Part shown: positions 47,000 through 61,507 of the stretch, in pieces
How the letters are laid out: each line of letters starts with the position of its first letter
Position numbering within the stretch: position 1 is the first letter of the stretch
DNA from: Tubulanus polymorphus
Taxonomy: Eukaryota > Animalia > Nemertea
Assembly: GCF_964204645.1 (NCBI RefSeq)
Contig: NC_134028.1
Span: 10,416,001-10,480,000 of the forward strand
DNA length: 64,000 nt
Reading direction: 5' to 3'
Program-made: the position numbers and the translations under genes
Notes under the pieces: model-generated
Seen by the model: only the letters and a program-made list of their open reading frames with translations
What the model was told of the DNA's origin: nothing
Databases searched by the model: none

Positions 47000-49900
47000 T
47001 CATCGCTGCACTTACGTAACTCCTTTGAACATCGAATCGCTCAACAGGAGAATTGGACGACGCAGGTCTCCAACTCGAAGCTGCCGTTTAAGCTTCTCTA
47101 GCTTATCTTCGAGGCGTTAACTCGTACCCCCATGCTGGGATATCAAACAGCTGAGTTCTATCCCCAGCCGATTAAACCGTCCCAATGACATGTATGACTG
47201 TGAACGCTTGGCGGACGCCTGGAGAGCCTCACTGTGCTATAAAGTCGTGTGTTATCTCACGTAAACTTTTTGCGAAATCCTGCGCGTTGGATGTTATCGT
47301 GTTACACTAATAGTATTGCGAAAGTTATCTTTGGTGCAGCTATCGAACCCGCAACCATGTCCCCTGGCTGGTACAAGTCGCGCTCAGAAGAACTTAACAG
47401 AGTACTGAAGTCTGGAGTCCATTCAGGCTCAGTCCTCTTTGTGTAGCTTTGTACGTATCTCCGCACATTATTCACAGCAGCTTTCTTCAGATCTCGGGTT
47501 TCCTCGTTCAACGTATCCAACTGGAGCACGTCAGACATTTTGGTAGCTAAAAACAAGAAAACAGAGAAAAACGTTAAGTTGGCTGGAGAGCAGAGAGTTT
47601 AACCGGTGAGGTGTTCTCTGTCTCGCAGCAATTTTCGCGCTTTCTTCAGCCACAGGTCTTTCTTCCCCCGGATTCTGGATCAATGCTGACAGCAGGTGGT
47701 ACAGTCACCATCAACAGCTGTACTTGCTACCGGTATCGAGCAATGACAAACAAAATCCCTGAATAGGGCTGGCTGTTTCGATGCTCTCCTCGGACGCAGA
47801 CGACAAAACCGATCTCCGTTGTCGGCCGATGGATGCGGCTGGGCATTTTCCACAAGCTGACCCGCTGGGGGATCAACTTCTGCCTCTACTTCGATTGGAG
47901 CAGCGTCATCTGTTGGTACTGCCACAATCCAGTCGTTTGGGCGCCTCCAGACAATCTCTTCATCATCGCTACCTGAAGAGCTTGAACTTTCAATCTCAGG
48001 GGCTGGTTGGGTCTCTACTGTTCTCTTACTCGTTCTGGCAAGGAAAGCCTTCTTAACGTTGGTAGGGGGCTGGCCAAACGCTGGCTTCATATCATTAAAG
48101 TGGACGGTATTTTGCTTTGGCGGACCCCCTTCAGTCTGACCCGATATGTCACCTCAGACAGCTTCTCGGTGACAATGAAGGGCCATTCCACTTCTTATGA
48201 AATTTGGCTGCCTCCCCTGGCTTAATGGTATGACTGTAGAGCCATACCCTATCACCAACGTTATAACCCACCCCGCCTAGCAAATCTGTCGTAATTAGTA
48301 GTCTGACGCCGATGAGCCTTACCCGGTCTCTCCCTAAACCTATGGTGTTAATCCTTTAGGTGTGTGCGTGTACATCACGGCTAAACTTAGTAATGTATAC
48401 TGGCTCTTCGGGTGGTACAACCATGATAACCAGAGGCAAGACCATCTCTGAACCAAAAGTCAGGTAGAAAGGGGTTTCGCCAGCTGACTCCTGAACACTA
48501 GAACGGAATGCCATCAGGCCAGATGACAGCTTCGTATCCCAGTCAGTGCCGGTTTCATTCACGGATATGGTCAGCATGGCCCTGGATGACTTGTTAAAGT
48601 TATCCACCTGACCATTTACCATTGGGTGATACGAGGTGGTACGTGTCTATCGATACCCAGTCGACAAACTTCTGCAAAACCTTGGACTCAAAGTTGGCAC
48701 CCCGGTCCGAGTGAATGCTTTCTGGGCAGCCATATCTCGTCACCCATTCGTCCACGACTCTTCGAGTCACAGTCGGGGCCTTCTCATTCCGTACTGGCCA
48801 TGCCTCCACCCACTTAGTAAAAGCGTCCTGGACAACAATAATGTAAGTGTTGCCACATTTACGCCACGTACGCTGTAGGGGGCCCACTATATCAATGGGC
48901 AACCTCTGCCCTCTACGACCAACTGGTGTCGACACCAAAGGTGCCTTCGGTCACTTTGGCGGATTTTTGCACTGTTGACATTTCTGGCACTGTTTGATGT
49001 ACTCGTGCACAGCTAGTAATGCCTGGAGACCAGAATCGTTCGCGCATCTTGCGTTCTGTCTTAGTTCGCCCTAAGTGCCTGCCTGAAATACCGTCATGTA
49101 GGTGTGACAAAGCCTTTGGCAGTAACACGTAAGGTAGAACGACACGTGATTTCGAAAGTCTGGATCCAGGGGCAGGTCTAAAAAATAAAACGTCCTTGTC
49201 AATAACAAGGCGCTCATATTCACCAAGAAAAACTCTGGTTTTGGTACTAAACTGGCGCATAACACCGACACTAGGGTTAACCTGTTGTCGATAAAGTAAG
49301 TCCTTAACTATCGATATGTCGGCGTCCTCGTCCTGTAACCGGGCTATTTCCACTGTCGACAAGCCGGCATGATCACTACCTACACAAACTGCTGAAACAT
49401 GACATTTTGGGGCGCCGGTCTAACCACAGCTAGGGCAGTCTCCATGATGTTTAAAGTCGTTGAGGGATGCGGGAAAGCGCGTCCGCATTTAAGTGGATAC
49501 GCCCGGGCCGGTGTTCAATATCATAGTCATAGTCGGCCAACCGTTCATTCCAGCGGGCAACTCGTCCAGACTGAATGTTTGAAGACTGGAGCCATTTAAG
49601 TGCTGTATGGTCAGTACACACCAAAAATTTCAGGCCCAACAGGTAATGCCGGAAGTGTTCAATCATATCGACTAAGGCAAGCATCTCTCGCCTAGTGGCA
49701 CAGTAATTCTCTTCACCACCCCGTAATGTGCGACCAGCATACGTGATCACCCGTTCGGACGAGTCTGCCCGCACCTGTGAAGGTACGGCACCAATTGCTC
49801 AGTCACTAGCGTCACAGTCGATAATGAATTTGCCTGCACCTGTCTCGAAATCTGGGAAGGCCAAAACAGGAGGGCTAGTAAGTGCCATCTTTATGGCGTC

Positions 49901-52900
49901 AAATGCTTGCTGTTGCTCTATTCCCGTACAAAAACATAGCCCTTTTTAGTAAGTTGGTGTAGGGGACGACACTTTTGGGAATAACCCACAATAAACTTTG
50001 AACAATTGGTCACTAACCCTGTGAAACTGTGGACCTCTGAAACCGTGGTTGAAACAGGCCAGTTCATAATTTTCTCAACTTTGGACGGGTCAGCCAGAAG
50101 GTTTGCGGATCGGAAACATGAAAACACCTCAGCGAGTTTACCGATGTGTGACTCAACATCAGCTGAGTGAACAATGACATCATCGAGATATATTAACGCC
50201 GTTTTCCACGAAACCTTATCCAGGGCCATAGTCATAAGCCGAGAAAAACAGGCAGGGGCATTATTTAGGCCAAACGCCATGACGTTCAACTCCCACAATC
50301 GATTCTCTGTGCAGGACGCTGTCTTTGGTTTATCCCTCTCATGTATAGGCACCTGATGGTACTCACTTGTGAGGTCAAGAGAGAAGAACCATGACGACCC
50401 CGACAGAGCTTCAAGAGTGGAGTCAGTTTGTCCTAGTGGATGGCTGTCCTTTATCGTAGCATCGTTTTACTTCCGATAATCACAACACAGCCTAAGGCTA
50501 CCATCGGACTTCTTGGCCAAGACGATGAGACTTGCCCTGGGAGATTGTGATGGTCGGATGAGGCCGTGACTATGTAATTCGGCAGTATGACCCTCGACAA
50601 ACTGTCTATGACCCGGTGGAAAACGCCTCGGTTGTTGCTTGCTTGGGCGATGTTCACTCGTATCGATTTCAAATTTCAACTAATGCGGTCCTCCCTATGT
50701 CAAAGTCGTCGCAGGAAAACACATCCCGGACAGTAATCAGAGACAACCTTCTTTAAGGCCTCACGATCACTATGCAAAATGTCGATTGCGTCGAGCTGCA
50801 GCTCCTTTAAACAACGAATTTAGATCCTCACTACTAGTAGGGGTTTTGGGGACATCTGGTCTCTTATCCTGGATAGTAAGGATTTAAATACTGTTTAAAG
50901 GAGAGAAAATCCCTACAAATTCGCCGTGGTTGACATGGTACGTCACGTTCGAAAAGTTGGCTAAACGAACCGTCACCTTGTTATCATTCGGGCTAACCAG
51001 TGTTCTACCGATAACGAATGGACCCGGGCTCTACCACATACCATTCCGACAGAATTGTTGTTGTAGGTGTATCTCTGCCTAAAATAAGCTGAAGCTGTAA
51101 TTTCGTGTCCTGCTGGGATCATGCTAGTCTCGGTTAGAAATAGCCGACATGCAGATGGTCGGGAATCTTTGTGTTCCAATGGTATGTCTGACAGACCACA
51201 GCTCATGACTCTATTTGGGTAATCAATCACGCAGTTGTTGTCGCCGAAGAAATCACCACCAAGGAGACAATCCTGTGACAAATCATCAGCAATCACCATT
51301 GGAACCATAAAACTACAATCCCCCAAACTAAGGTGAACATCAACTGAACCCCTAACCTTAATGTCCTAGCCGGTAGCCGTAACCAATTCAAAATCAATTG
51401 GTTTCGGGCACCCCACTTCACCACCATTACTCACCTCCCAGACTGAAGTCTTCAGCGTAGTCACACCAGCGCCGGTGTCGAGCGCAGAGATTCTTCTTAC
51501 ACTATTGACTACAGCAGAACAATAGAGGCCAGTGTCACGGATATCTATATTCTGCACACTTCTCACTAATGGGGTGGGCCCTCGGTCACTGTTCGTTGGA
51601 AGGTCTGCTTCTGATTCCGGGGTGCACTCTGGAGAAGACCATTAAGAAGACCATTAAGAAATGTGCTCTCCCCGAGGTGTAAACCACTAGAGCCCAGGTA
51701 GCTACCCCTCGGGTTGTCACATTCAAAGTTATTTTCATTTATACTAAATACATGGTTGTTTGGTCGTCCATGGGGGCCCAGTTCTATTTACAACATTTAT
51801 ACAGGTATCTAATAGTCTATCTCGGGGCTGATGATTTAAAAGCGCTTGCCTCCGCCCCTCGAGGAACACGTCTGCCCGTTTCCCTGACTATTAGTTCCAG
51901 TGACAGTTCCTCGCGTGATGTCCGGGCTTAGTGCCGAGTGGCATACCACTGTAGGACATGCACTAGCAGGGTGGTCCGGCACCCGACAGCGCCAACAGAT
52001 GTCAGATGGATTTCTGGAAGGCCCCGGATTCCTGGCAGGCCTGGTCTGACCTCGACACTCGAGATTCTCGATGCGGAGGTTTAAGCTCCGGCCCTGTTTG
52101 ACAAGTTCAGAGAGCAGCTCGGTCTCGGCGGGTTTTGGCTGGGCCTCGTTTTCCATCGCGCGTTTCCCCCTCGACTCTTGTTTTTCAGCTATCCGGCGAG
52201 CTGACTCAAAACCCCTAGCCAGGGACACAGTCTCTGACAAGGTCTTCGGCTGGGAAACGTACAACTGTTCCCTAGCTGCTAATGGTAGATTATCCCCGAT
52301 CAGAAACTGATCACGAGCCAGCTCGTCTTGTAGTGTATGCCCAGCGTCTGGATAGGCGTTTTGAACCAGGTTCTCTGGCTGTTTTTGCTCGCGTGCCTTA
52401 AGCATGAGCTTACAATCGCCAGGCGATTTTGTGAAGGACATACAGTCTTTAATCGCTGCCGAGAATTCATCGTAAGTCAGTTTGTCCGACAGGTTAAGGT
52501 TTTTGATGGCCAGATATGACTCATGGTCCATATACATCAAAAGATGATCCTTCTGCACGGAAGTTTCAGTTATCCCCATGAGCTCACAATAACTGTCAAA
52601 TCTCTCGAGCCATACCTTAAAATTGTTGCCAGCGCTGTAAGTTTTAGGCGCAGGTACTTTGACCTTGATGTGGTGCCTAGATTTGGCCGGCTCAGAGGGT
52701 GATTCGGATCTCGTATTTTTAATTTCATACTCCACATATTGTGTAACAGATGTGAGGAACTGGTTCACGTCGAGGCGACTGGCATCTTGTTGGGAATGTT
52801 TCCCGGCATCGACATCATAAGACCAAGTCAGTTAATTCAAGTCAGGCACAATATTATAGAAAAATAAACCCAAAGTATTAAAAGTTATTCGTATACCGGT

Positions 52901-53397
52901 CTCCCCAGCAAGCAATGCCTATAATAATAAATTTCTTTTCTTATTTTCTCTAGTTCCAATTCCGATCAAATAAAGAATATGACTAGTTAACGGTTTCAAC
53001 TGCTATGAGTGTCCGTTATAAGTCTTTCAAGTTTTTCTAATCAATAACGGTAAACGTGGTTCGCTCAGACTAGGTTCCCAACGTAAGGCCGCACTAAATC
53101 AAAAAGATCATAAAATACACGACAATCGAAATAAAATCCCGCTTTGCTGCCACTAATGTTACAATTGTCGTCTTGGGGTATTCTTAATCTTATGGATATA
53201 TCGGGGTTAATCCCGCTGTAATAGGGGACAATCAGAGTCTTGAACCGGGACAATAGAAGCACACACAACTCACCAGGACGATGAATTATTTTCAATAGGG
53301 CGATAGATACGCCACCTATCGTTAACATTTATTATTCCAAAAACAAATACAAATACACTATATTACAATATAATAACGTCGCAGTCACACCGTTACA
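47000..53397 (-). mobile_element. Degenerate Gypsy/Ty3 LTR retrotransposon, 3' LTR missing
   Basis: gag 51836-52768 (CWRC..H..C knuckle), protease ALDTGA ~51480, RT (FGLNNAP, YLDD) 49918-50679, RNase H 49451-49870, integrase 48000-49362 (DIVGPL, SDRG); RT-RH-INT order. Confidence 0.92.
53157..53397 (-). repeat. Putative 5' LTR followed by PBS
   Basis: Minus strand TGTAAC...TGTAACA, then TTAG TGGCAGCAAAGCGGG (tRNA-iMet-like PBS) upstream of gag. Confidence 0.6.
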
Positions 53398-53865
53398 GAT
53401 TTTGTGTTTTGAGATGATTTTAAGGGGGTAAAGTAGATTCATTCTGATAGATACTATCATTTATGTTAGCATGTTTATATGCGTTGTTCTTGTGTTTTAC
53501 TGGAAATGTAAATATCGTTAAATATTAAAAATAACATTTTAGTATTGAAAATAACGGAATGGTCTGATTACTTTTTAAGTTTACGGTTTTTAAGCTTAAA
53601 ATACAACTGCCGAAGCATTCATTACTGAATGCATTGTAGTAACGTATTTTTTCTTTGCGAGTAATTTTATTCAAAAACAAATAATTGGTAATTGTTTGAT
53701 GAAATAAAAGCATTAAGATCAATATATTTGAATTGTATTGGTACAAAAGCAGGGGATTGTTCTTGTACGGGGATGGCTTTTATTCGTTTTTCGGTAAACA
53801 AGAGGTTTCGGAGACTCCAAAAAGTCACGTGACCAATAATAGAGTACGACTGGAGGCTACATAAG

Positions 53866-54093
53866 CGTCCTGGGGACGTATCTATTAAAAAATGTTTTCG
53901 AGGTTAATTCCAAGTTTATAACTCGGAATAAACTAGTTTTCTCAGTTAAATGCGATTTCGAATTTAACTAGTTTTCTCAGTTTTAAATGTGATTTTTGGA
54001 GGTTGATTCCGAGTTTCCAACTAAGAAAACTAGTTTATTGCAAACTCGGAATAAACCTTGAAAATTTTTTTCAATCGATATGTCCCCAGGACG
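53866..54093. repeat. Small fold-back MITE-like element
   Basis: CGTCCTGGGGAC...GTCCCCAGGACG arms with internal inverted similarity. Confidence 0.6.
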
Positions 54094-54599
54094 CTTCCGT
54101 AGGAGGCAAACGCATTCTCCGATCTGATAAAAGAGGAATTGTCTATATCGGATGCCTCAGGATCACCTTTACAAATTTTGTTTCAGCTGTCTTAGTTCTC
54201 AATTTATATCAACCTGCAAATCGCCTTTAGTTCGAGTCCAACAACACGACGGGATTTTAAAAGTACAACATGTATCTCTAAATTTAATTATCTTTGCTCA
54301 ACTTTTCTTCGAAAACTCGTTAAAGAAAATTCGTCTTCAAGAAACAATTAGAAATTAACGATCTCAAAAAGTAGTAGGCCTACGTGATATTTATGTTGAA
54401 TCGTTGAAAAGTTACAATTTATTTCTCAGAAAATCCCAAATAAATGAATAACAACAACAATAAAATTCAAATAAAAATTGGAATGCTTTTACGCGATACG
54501 AAATTTATTGTATAGTACCAGTACACTGTAACTATGACCTTGTCATTTAGAACTAGCAAAAAAAATATCATAAAGCATCATAAACTTAATCCTTGTCAT

Positions 54600-55970
54600 C
54601 GACCATGCCCTGAAATCATGGAAGTATGTTCAACAGTTCCCGGCCTATTACTCTGTATTAGGAACTTGAACTTATGTGGTGTACTATCGAAATAATACTC
54701 TGTATTTTGATTGTATCTTTATTGTAAACAATCCGATAATGTTATAACAGTTCCAGTAACATCTTTGTTGATCGTTTTTTTTACTGAATCGTGTGTTGCC
54801 TGCTTTTTCATATTCAACTATTTCCATTGACCATTGTGACCAACTTACAATTTTCTCGAGATTGATTTGATCCACATCAATTGGCAGTTTTTTATTCTTG
54901 CAATTTTTACAAACACGGTACATGCAGTCTTTATCTTCTCGTTTGATTGCAAGCCACGACAAAACATCATCAATGGCCTTTGATTCAAAGAGTTTCCCAA
55001 GCATTAGTTCAGTGTTGTCACAGATTTTACAGACACAAACCTGTCGATCTTTTAAAGTAGGTTTCTTAACTTGTATTGGTCTTAACCGACAGAATGAGGA
55101 ATAACACACGGGAAATGCGCCTACTTCAGAACAGTACTTGCTAAGCAACGTCTTGAGACTGTGGAGTAAATTTCGTTTTTGAAGCCCTTTCACTACTTCT
55201 TTTTTTCGTGCAGTCATTCTTGAATTATCATCCCGTAGAAAGAAATTCTGCGCAGATTTCTTAAGTGCTAATGCCCTTTCAGGTAAACGGCGCCTCTCTT
55301 TCGGTTTGTGTCGGCTGAACCTTACATCTGTTATTGTGCTTTAGACAAGAGGCCATACTTTCGTATTAAGTTCAAATCCCGGATCCTCACAAGTTTTCTC
55401 CGTTTTTCCTCCTGTTCTAATGACTTTTTTAGATCCTCAATCAGTGTATCATGAAATTCGGACATTATCATTTACCTGACAGTTTTTTCAAAATCTCCGC
55501 TGTTCTTCTTCAGGGAGTAGAACCATTACCTTTAGTTGCTGGTTTCTTTTTAAGTCGCTGAACCGATTTTCGTAATCGCCATATTGCTCACTCTCTTATC
55601 TGGAGATCGTGCTCTAGCTGAGCAATTTTTCTATATGCCTTTGTTTTATTGGCATCGCGTATGCGTGGCCGTCCACGCTTCCTGGGTTGTGCTACACTGA
55701 TTTCATCGGGTGGTCTTAGCACTTGCTTCTGATCTTCTGCACGCCTTCGACTTTCTTGTTTTTGATTTTTCCACTTTTTTTCGTTGAGCCCGTTGATCCC
55801 GAGGGGTTAAATCAGCGACACCCTTCCGCTTGCCCGATTGCTTTCGATCACTATACTTTTGGCGTTGCTGTTCCAAATACTGTCTATGGCGTTCTGGGTC
55901 CTGCAAATAAGAGCCGATGACGTTGCCCAGATTTGGAAATATTTTCCTTCTGTGGTGGCATACCGGTATC
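54600..55970 (-). pseudogene. DNA transposon transposase 5' remnant (Sola2-like)
   Basis: SSFCRLRP..DRQVCVCKICDN..CMYRVCKNC..WSQW cysteine pattern, basic N-terminal exon; frameshifted. Superfamily call is from memory. Confidence 0.55.
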
Positions 55971-57905
55971 TGAAAAAACAAATAAAAGAGGATGCATTTG
56001 GACCATTTGTTAAGTAGCCTACAGGGGTTTTTAATTTTTTTAAATAATATGGTAAAAAATTTAATCAAATTAGATTAGAATGCAAACTAAGGATTTAATT
56101 AGGACAACTAGCCAACTTTTTTGATAAATTTAATTCAAGAAGGTAGGTCTATATACATTTTTCAAAACCAGCCAAGCTTTAAACTGTTGTCGTATGTCAG
56201 TACACAAACACATACTGTTTGTGTACTGACATGTTTGTGTACTGACAATCACGCGAAAATAATGATATAGGGGAAAAGCCAACCCTGGGAAGCGAGGTCA
56301 GTTCTGTACTACTGGTAGGTGGACTAATTACTTACAAGTTGTACAACATCATTTCCTTATTAATGGGTGGTTTTAAACTTTTTAAGCATGTTAGTGTATT
56401 GACACTTTTTAGTACGCATAATATTATTGCATGCTCACCTGGTGTATTTCACCTGTTTTTCGGTAAAAAAACGTGAAGTGAAAACAAACTTCAGTCTTCT
56501 TGTCTGCTATTCTTCATCCCCGAATGCATCGGTGACTCACTTACCAGGAACAGTTTGCATAGAATGTAGATGGCGCTAAGCTTGTCCTGTTTGTGTACTG
56601 ACAGAATTTTTCTGAGACACGCCAATTTTTATTTCCAAACATCAAAAATAGATGGAGCTTTAGAGTTAAAAAATCTGAAACAGTTTTTTGTATCAGATTC
56701 GAAGTTCTTAAAATTAGATATTGATGTGCCAAATGCTTTTAATATCAATATTCGAGTTTCTTTCAAGAATTAATTTTGCAGACCCTCACGAGGACACTGC
56801 AATATCTCATTTGGGGCCGGCAGATTTGGCGACTATTGGAAAACTGGTGCAATGCGAGATAATTTTTTTGTTTTTGTTCTTTCAAATTAATTGTTAGGTG
56901 CAAATGAAGAAGAAATGTTTTAAATAAGTTCAGTTCAATTATGTGAGCTCAGTTCCAGTTACCAAAATGGTTGGGGACATAATTTTGCCTCTGTACCATA
57001 GAATTACCCTTATGTCCATTAAGGAGCAATAAATTTTATTGTATTATTTGTCATCGAAGTCGAAGTAAATTTAAATGTACCAGTGTTAGTGTTCTGGACC
57101 ATGGCGTTTGCTAAAAGGTTTGTATGAGTTATCTTTTATAAGGTTCATTGGATTTTTCAAGCTTGAACACTCCCCTCCAAAAGTTCGTGATCAGAACACT
57201 CTGGAGGACCCTCACCAGACAGTGCCTGTTTGAATCGGCCGCCATGTTGATGTCTCCTGATGATGTCTCCCATGTCGAAACTGCGGTTGAATATAAATTG
57301 AGAACTGAGATAGCCGAAACGAAATTTGTAAAGGTGATTCTGAGCCATCCGATATGGACAATTCCGATACATAGCACCAATACAAAAAAAATCAAACAAA
57401 GTACCGTAACAAAAATATACACAAATTATACAAATATGATTAACAAAAATGACTCAGCAGAATGTGGATGCGTAGTTATTATGTGATTGATTATTAATTA
57501 TACAGTTTGGGGATTCAATAATCTTAAATCCTAAGTAAAGTCACCGCTCGTAGTACGCCGTCTATAATCTGTGTCAAATTACACCGCCTGATAACCAATT
57601 CAATTCAATACATGACGCAACCCAAACCCGGAAATAAATTGAATCAAAACTCATAGCTAGTCAGTCACATGGCTTCCGAACGGCGGTTCTCGTTTACTCT
57701 GCATTTACTGATGAATTGAATTAATGCCTAAATCAAATTATCAATCATTCCGGTTACCATTTGTCTGTACATCAACGATAACAATAGGTTAGTAGGTACA
57801 TCGTCATCCGTACGTACATCTTTTTTTGTAGGCCTACTCAACTGCCAGTGCTTGCTAGTTAGTTACCAAATCGTTGATGGTTGGTAAGCTTTTTATAATC
57901 GGATG

Positions 57906-58312
57906 CACAGGGGTTTGGCGATGGGCTTGGATTCTATTTCCGGGTTGCTGATAATCTCGCAAGAATGGCGCTAAATATGAACTGCGAATAAATTCAAAAT
58001 AACACGGAAGGAAATACCTTGTGTTTATATTGTTTATTTATCCGCTCTAAAGTTCCGATAAACAATCGGTCGTTAAGGATCATCATCAGACAGTCGCAAC
58101 GCTTTTCTATATAAAATCGCTTGATAATGATCATTAACGACCAATTTTTTATCGGAACTTTATAGCGTAGGCCTATAAATAAACAATATAAACACAAGGT
58201 ATTTCCGTGGTATTTTGAATTTATTCGCAGTTCATATAGGCCTATAGCGTCATTCTCGTGAGATTATCAACAACCCGGAAATAGAATCCAAGCCCATCGC
58301 CAAACCCCTGTG
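57906..58312. mobile_element. 407-bp palindromic MITE with 8-bp TSD ATCGGATG (P- or hAT-type)
   Basis: CACAGGGGTTTGGCGATGGG...CCCATCGCCAAACCCCTGTG; TSD at 57898-57905 and 58313-58320. Confidence 0.9.
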
Positions 58313-59222
58313 ATCGGATGGGCTGTTTGTAAAAAATATTGATCGTAAAACTAATAAATCACAGACAGGTTACTGATTACTGCCAGTGCCAGATGGGTAA
58401 TGATATTTGCTCACAGGCACTCGCCGATGGGCTTGGGATACGGTTTCTGTAGTCTGAATACCAGTCGTTGTTACGGTTCCCTACAACGTCTGACGCTCAA
58501 GTATCATATAGGCCTAGAGGTTAACTCCTGTTAATTGCAATGCAACAACTGATTTTAGTGTCAAATCAAACCTTTGTACTAAAATAAATTAATTAGTTAC
58601 CTTGTTGACTTTGAAAACGTGTTTTATAATAAAATTTTTGATGATTTAAATCGCGAACTGGAGAATTTATTGATTTGATTTGAATTGAATTGATTGCCAC
58701 TATCGGGATTTCCAATACGGGCTAAATTAATAAAATGTGAAAATTCAATGAGTCTCTCTAAAATTACTCTAAATGTTATTTTTTGTTGATAAAACGCATA
58801 AATTTTGGTCAATTTTAACCTTAATAATTTGAAACAAGAATAATATCTGCATTGGTATCAATGTCGGTCCAAGTTTAAGTTCTAATCCGTTATTTACACT
58901 CCCATCATGCACCACGAAAAGCCGCCATATTTGTTATGTTGCTTCACTTCAACTGTTTTTTGAGGCGACTAATCAAAAGTTTTGAGCTACTACGATCGTC
59001 AAAAGCTACTTAGGATTACAAATTTATGCACTAACAATAGTTAACTTCCATCTGATTACAGAACAGTCAGTTTGACGTAAGTTGATGGTGTTTTAAGGGG
59101 TGAAATAGACGCTCAAAGCCTCGTCCCTCAAAATGAGGGACAAAAATTAACCTTATATGAGCACTTTCGCCCTAGACGTTGTTTGGGGAACAACGGCTAG
59201 GTACTAGACTACGGTTTCTGGG

Positions 59223-59894
59223 GTTTTTGATAGTGTTTCCGTGTTTTTTAGTGGTTATTCTGCAATAAATCTGAGAAAAAACGTCTTAGTACTGACGTTT
59301 AAAAAGATAGGCCTAATTGCCGCTGGCTCCACACACGGCGACCTCACAAAACACTAACAAAGTTCGTTTTTCAATCTAAAATTAAAAACTTATTTTCTAT
59401 GACGCTTACTAGTGATATGACAGTTATATATCCTATTATTTCATCCGACTATGAGACACTATCGATTTGTGAAAAGTCTTTAGTAATATAAAAGAAAAGG
59501 TATTTGACGATGTGTGAGTGTATAGGAAAAACTTTACAGGCGTTGAGATGGCAACACTAGGTCACACGGGCACCTGCTACAAGTATTCTCCTTCTATATT
59601 CAAATAAAGCAGGATTTCGTAATGACATCACTCAGCGGTTGAACGACAATCGGTGACCTAGTGTCTCACAGTCGGATGGAATAATAGGATATATAACTGT
59701 CATATCACTAGTTAGTGTCGTATAAAATAAAAGTTTTGATTTTAGATTGAAAAACGAAGTTTGTTGAATGTTTTGTGATGTCGCCGTGTGTGGAGCCAGC
59801 GGCCATTATCTTTTTAAACGTATCAGTACCAAGACGTCTTTTCTCGGATTTATTGCAGAATAACTACTCAAAACACGGAAACACTATCAAAAAC
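59223..59894. repeat. Fold-back element with ~240-bp arms
   Basis: 59223-59460 is the reverse complement of 59660-59894; no TSD seen. Confidence 0.8.
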
Positions 59895-59899
59895 TTTCC

Positions 59900-61507
59900 T
59901 TCATCAGAACATATTTTAATCAATAGCTTAACATGAAAATAAATCAAACATACGCGTCATTTAAAGAGATCGTTATGTTTGGAAACATGGTTTTTACATC
60001 TAATGTCAATCCTAACAAACTATATTGGTATTCACAAATCCACCCTACTGGGTGGTTTTACAACTCAGGCCGATCTCCTCGCAGCAGGTACTGGTATAGG
60101 GGAAGGAACATTTGATAACACTGGCCTTTCAAAAACAGGGGTAGATGATATACCACTAGCACCCTGTGATACGTCTTCTGGTACAGGTACCTTCACAACA
60201 TTTCTAGGTTTAGATACAGGAATTTCAACATTTACAGGTAATTCTGAAACAACGCTCCTAGATACAACTTCCCTAGGTGCAACACTTTCATCACAAGGTA
60301 ACATATGATCCACATGTACAAAACGTATTTTTCCCTGACCCTTTACCAAATATGTCAGTGGACCTTTCCTAGACATCACTTGTCCACCTAGCCATTACTC
60401 TTTACCCCTTCGGTGATTTCGAACTAAGCAAGGCTGAAACTGTTCAAAATCACGGACAACTTGTCCTGGTTTGTCATGACTCTCATTAATACGCTCTTGT
60501 TTGTCCTCCATATCCCGAGGCAAATTGGGTTTTAATCTTCACCTGGTTCGAGGCTCACGTTTTAAGAACAACAATGCAGGTGTCTTCTTTGTAACACTAT
60601 GAGGGGTGTTTCTATAAGCAAATGAGAAACTAGCCAATCTATGATTCACACTACGATCCAACGACCCATCTAACACTTGTTTAGCTAGGGCTCGCTTCAC
60701 AATTTTAACCCCTCGTTCAGCACTACCATTTGATTGAGGATGGTATGCCGGTACAAGAACCTGTTTAATACCATTACTTCTAAGAAAATGCTTAAACTCT
60801 TCTGAGGTAAATTGAGAGCCATTATCTGACACTACTCTGTCCACTAATCCATAAGCGGCAAACCAGGGGCATAACATAAATCAGCTTTTGACAACTTTTG
60901 GGAGAATGTGACGATGGGTTTTCCCATCCATCTGGCATTTTGTGACTTAAAACACAACCTAACCCCACTGTGGAGGCGTCACATGACAAATACATTGGCT
61001 TGTCTGTATCATAATGCACTAACACTCTATCACTGGTGCACAACTGTTTGCACCGATTAAATGCGTCCTTGCATTCATCCGACCACTGAAACTTTGTATC
61101 CTTTAGATGTAGAATAGTAGATAGATAAATCAGCCCCATCCTCAATGAGGTACTTCACCTGAAATTGTACCAGACCCAAGAATGCCTGAACTGATTTGAC
61201 ACCTGTGGGTCGGGTGGGCTAAGCGAATGGCTGCCATTTTATGTATGGCTGATACACGGGTGTATCCCTTCACCATCAACCATATTACCCAATTATGCTA
61301 ATCGCCTCAGTACTTCATCTAAGAGCCTAAAATGCTCTCTTACCGTCATCGTGCCGATACCTATATCGTCCATGTTACATACAACACCTTTCAACCCTTG
61401 CAAAATCGTGTCCATGACTCTTTGAAAAATTGGGGGAGTTCTTGACACTATGAACTGTGACGTTTGAGGCTCATATAATCCACAATGAGTAGCAAGAGTC
61501 AGGTATG
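59900..61507 (-). mobile_element. Second Gypsy remnant (RT/RNase H/integrase fragments with internal deletion)
   Basis: LSCDASTVGLGCVL, VSDNGSQFTS, PAYHPQSNGSAER, YRNTPH, HVDH; cut by the HINE at 61508. Confidence 0.88.

Noticed and set aside
54137-57363. Inverted 73-bp pair (54137-54209 / 57290-57363) as TIRs of the transposase remnant
   Set aside because: No TSD or recognisable termini; could equally be two fragments of a dispersed repeat.
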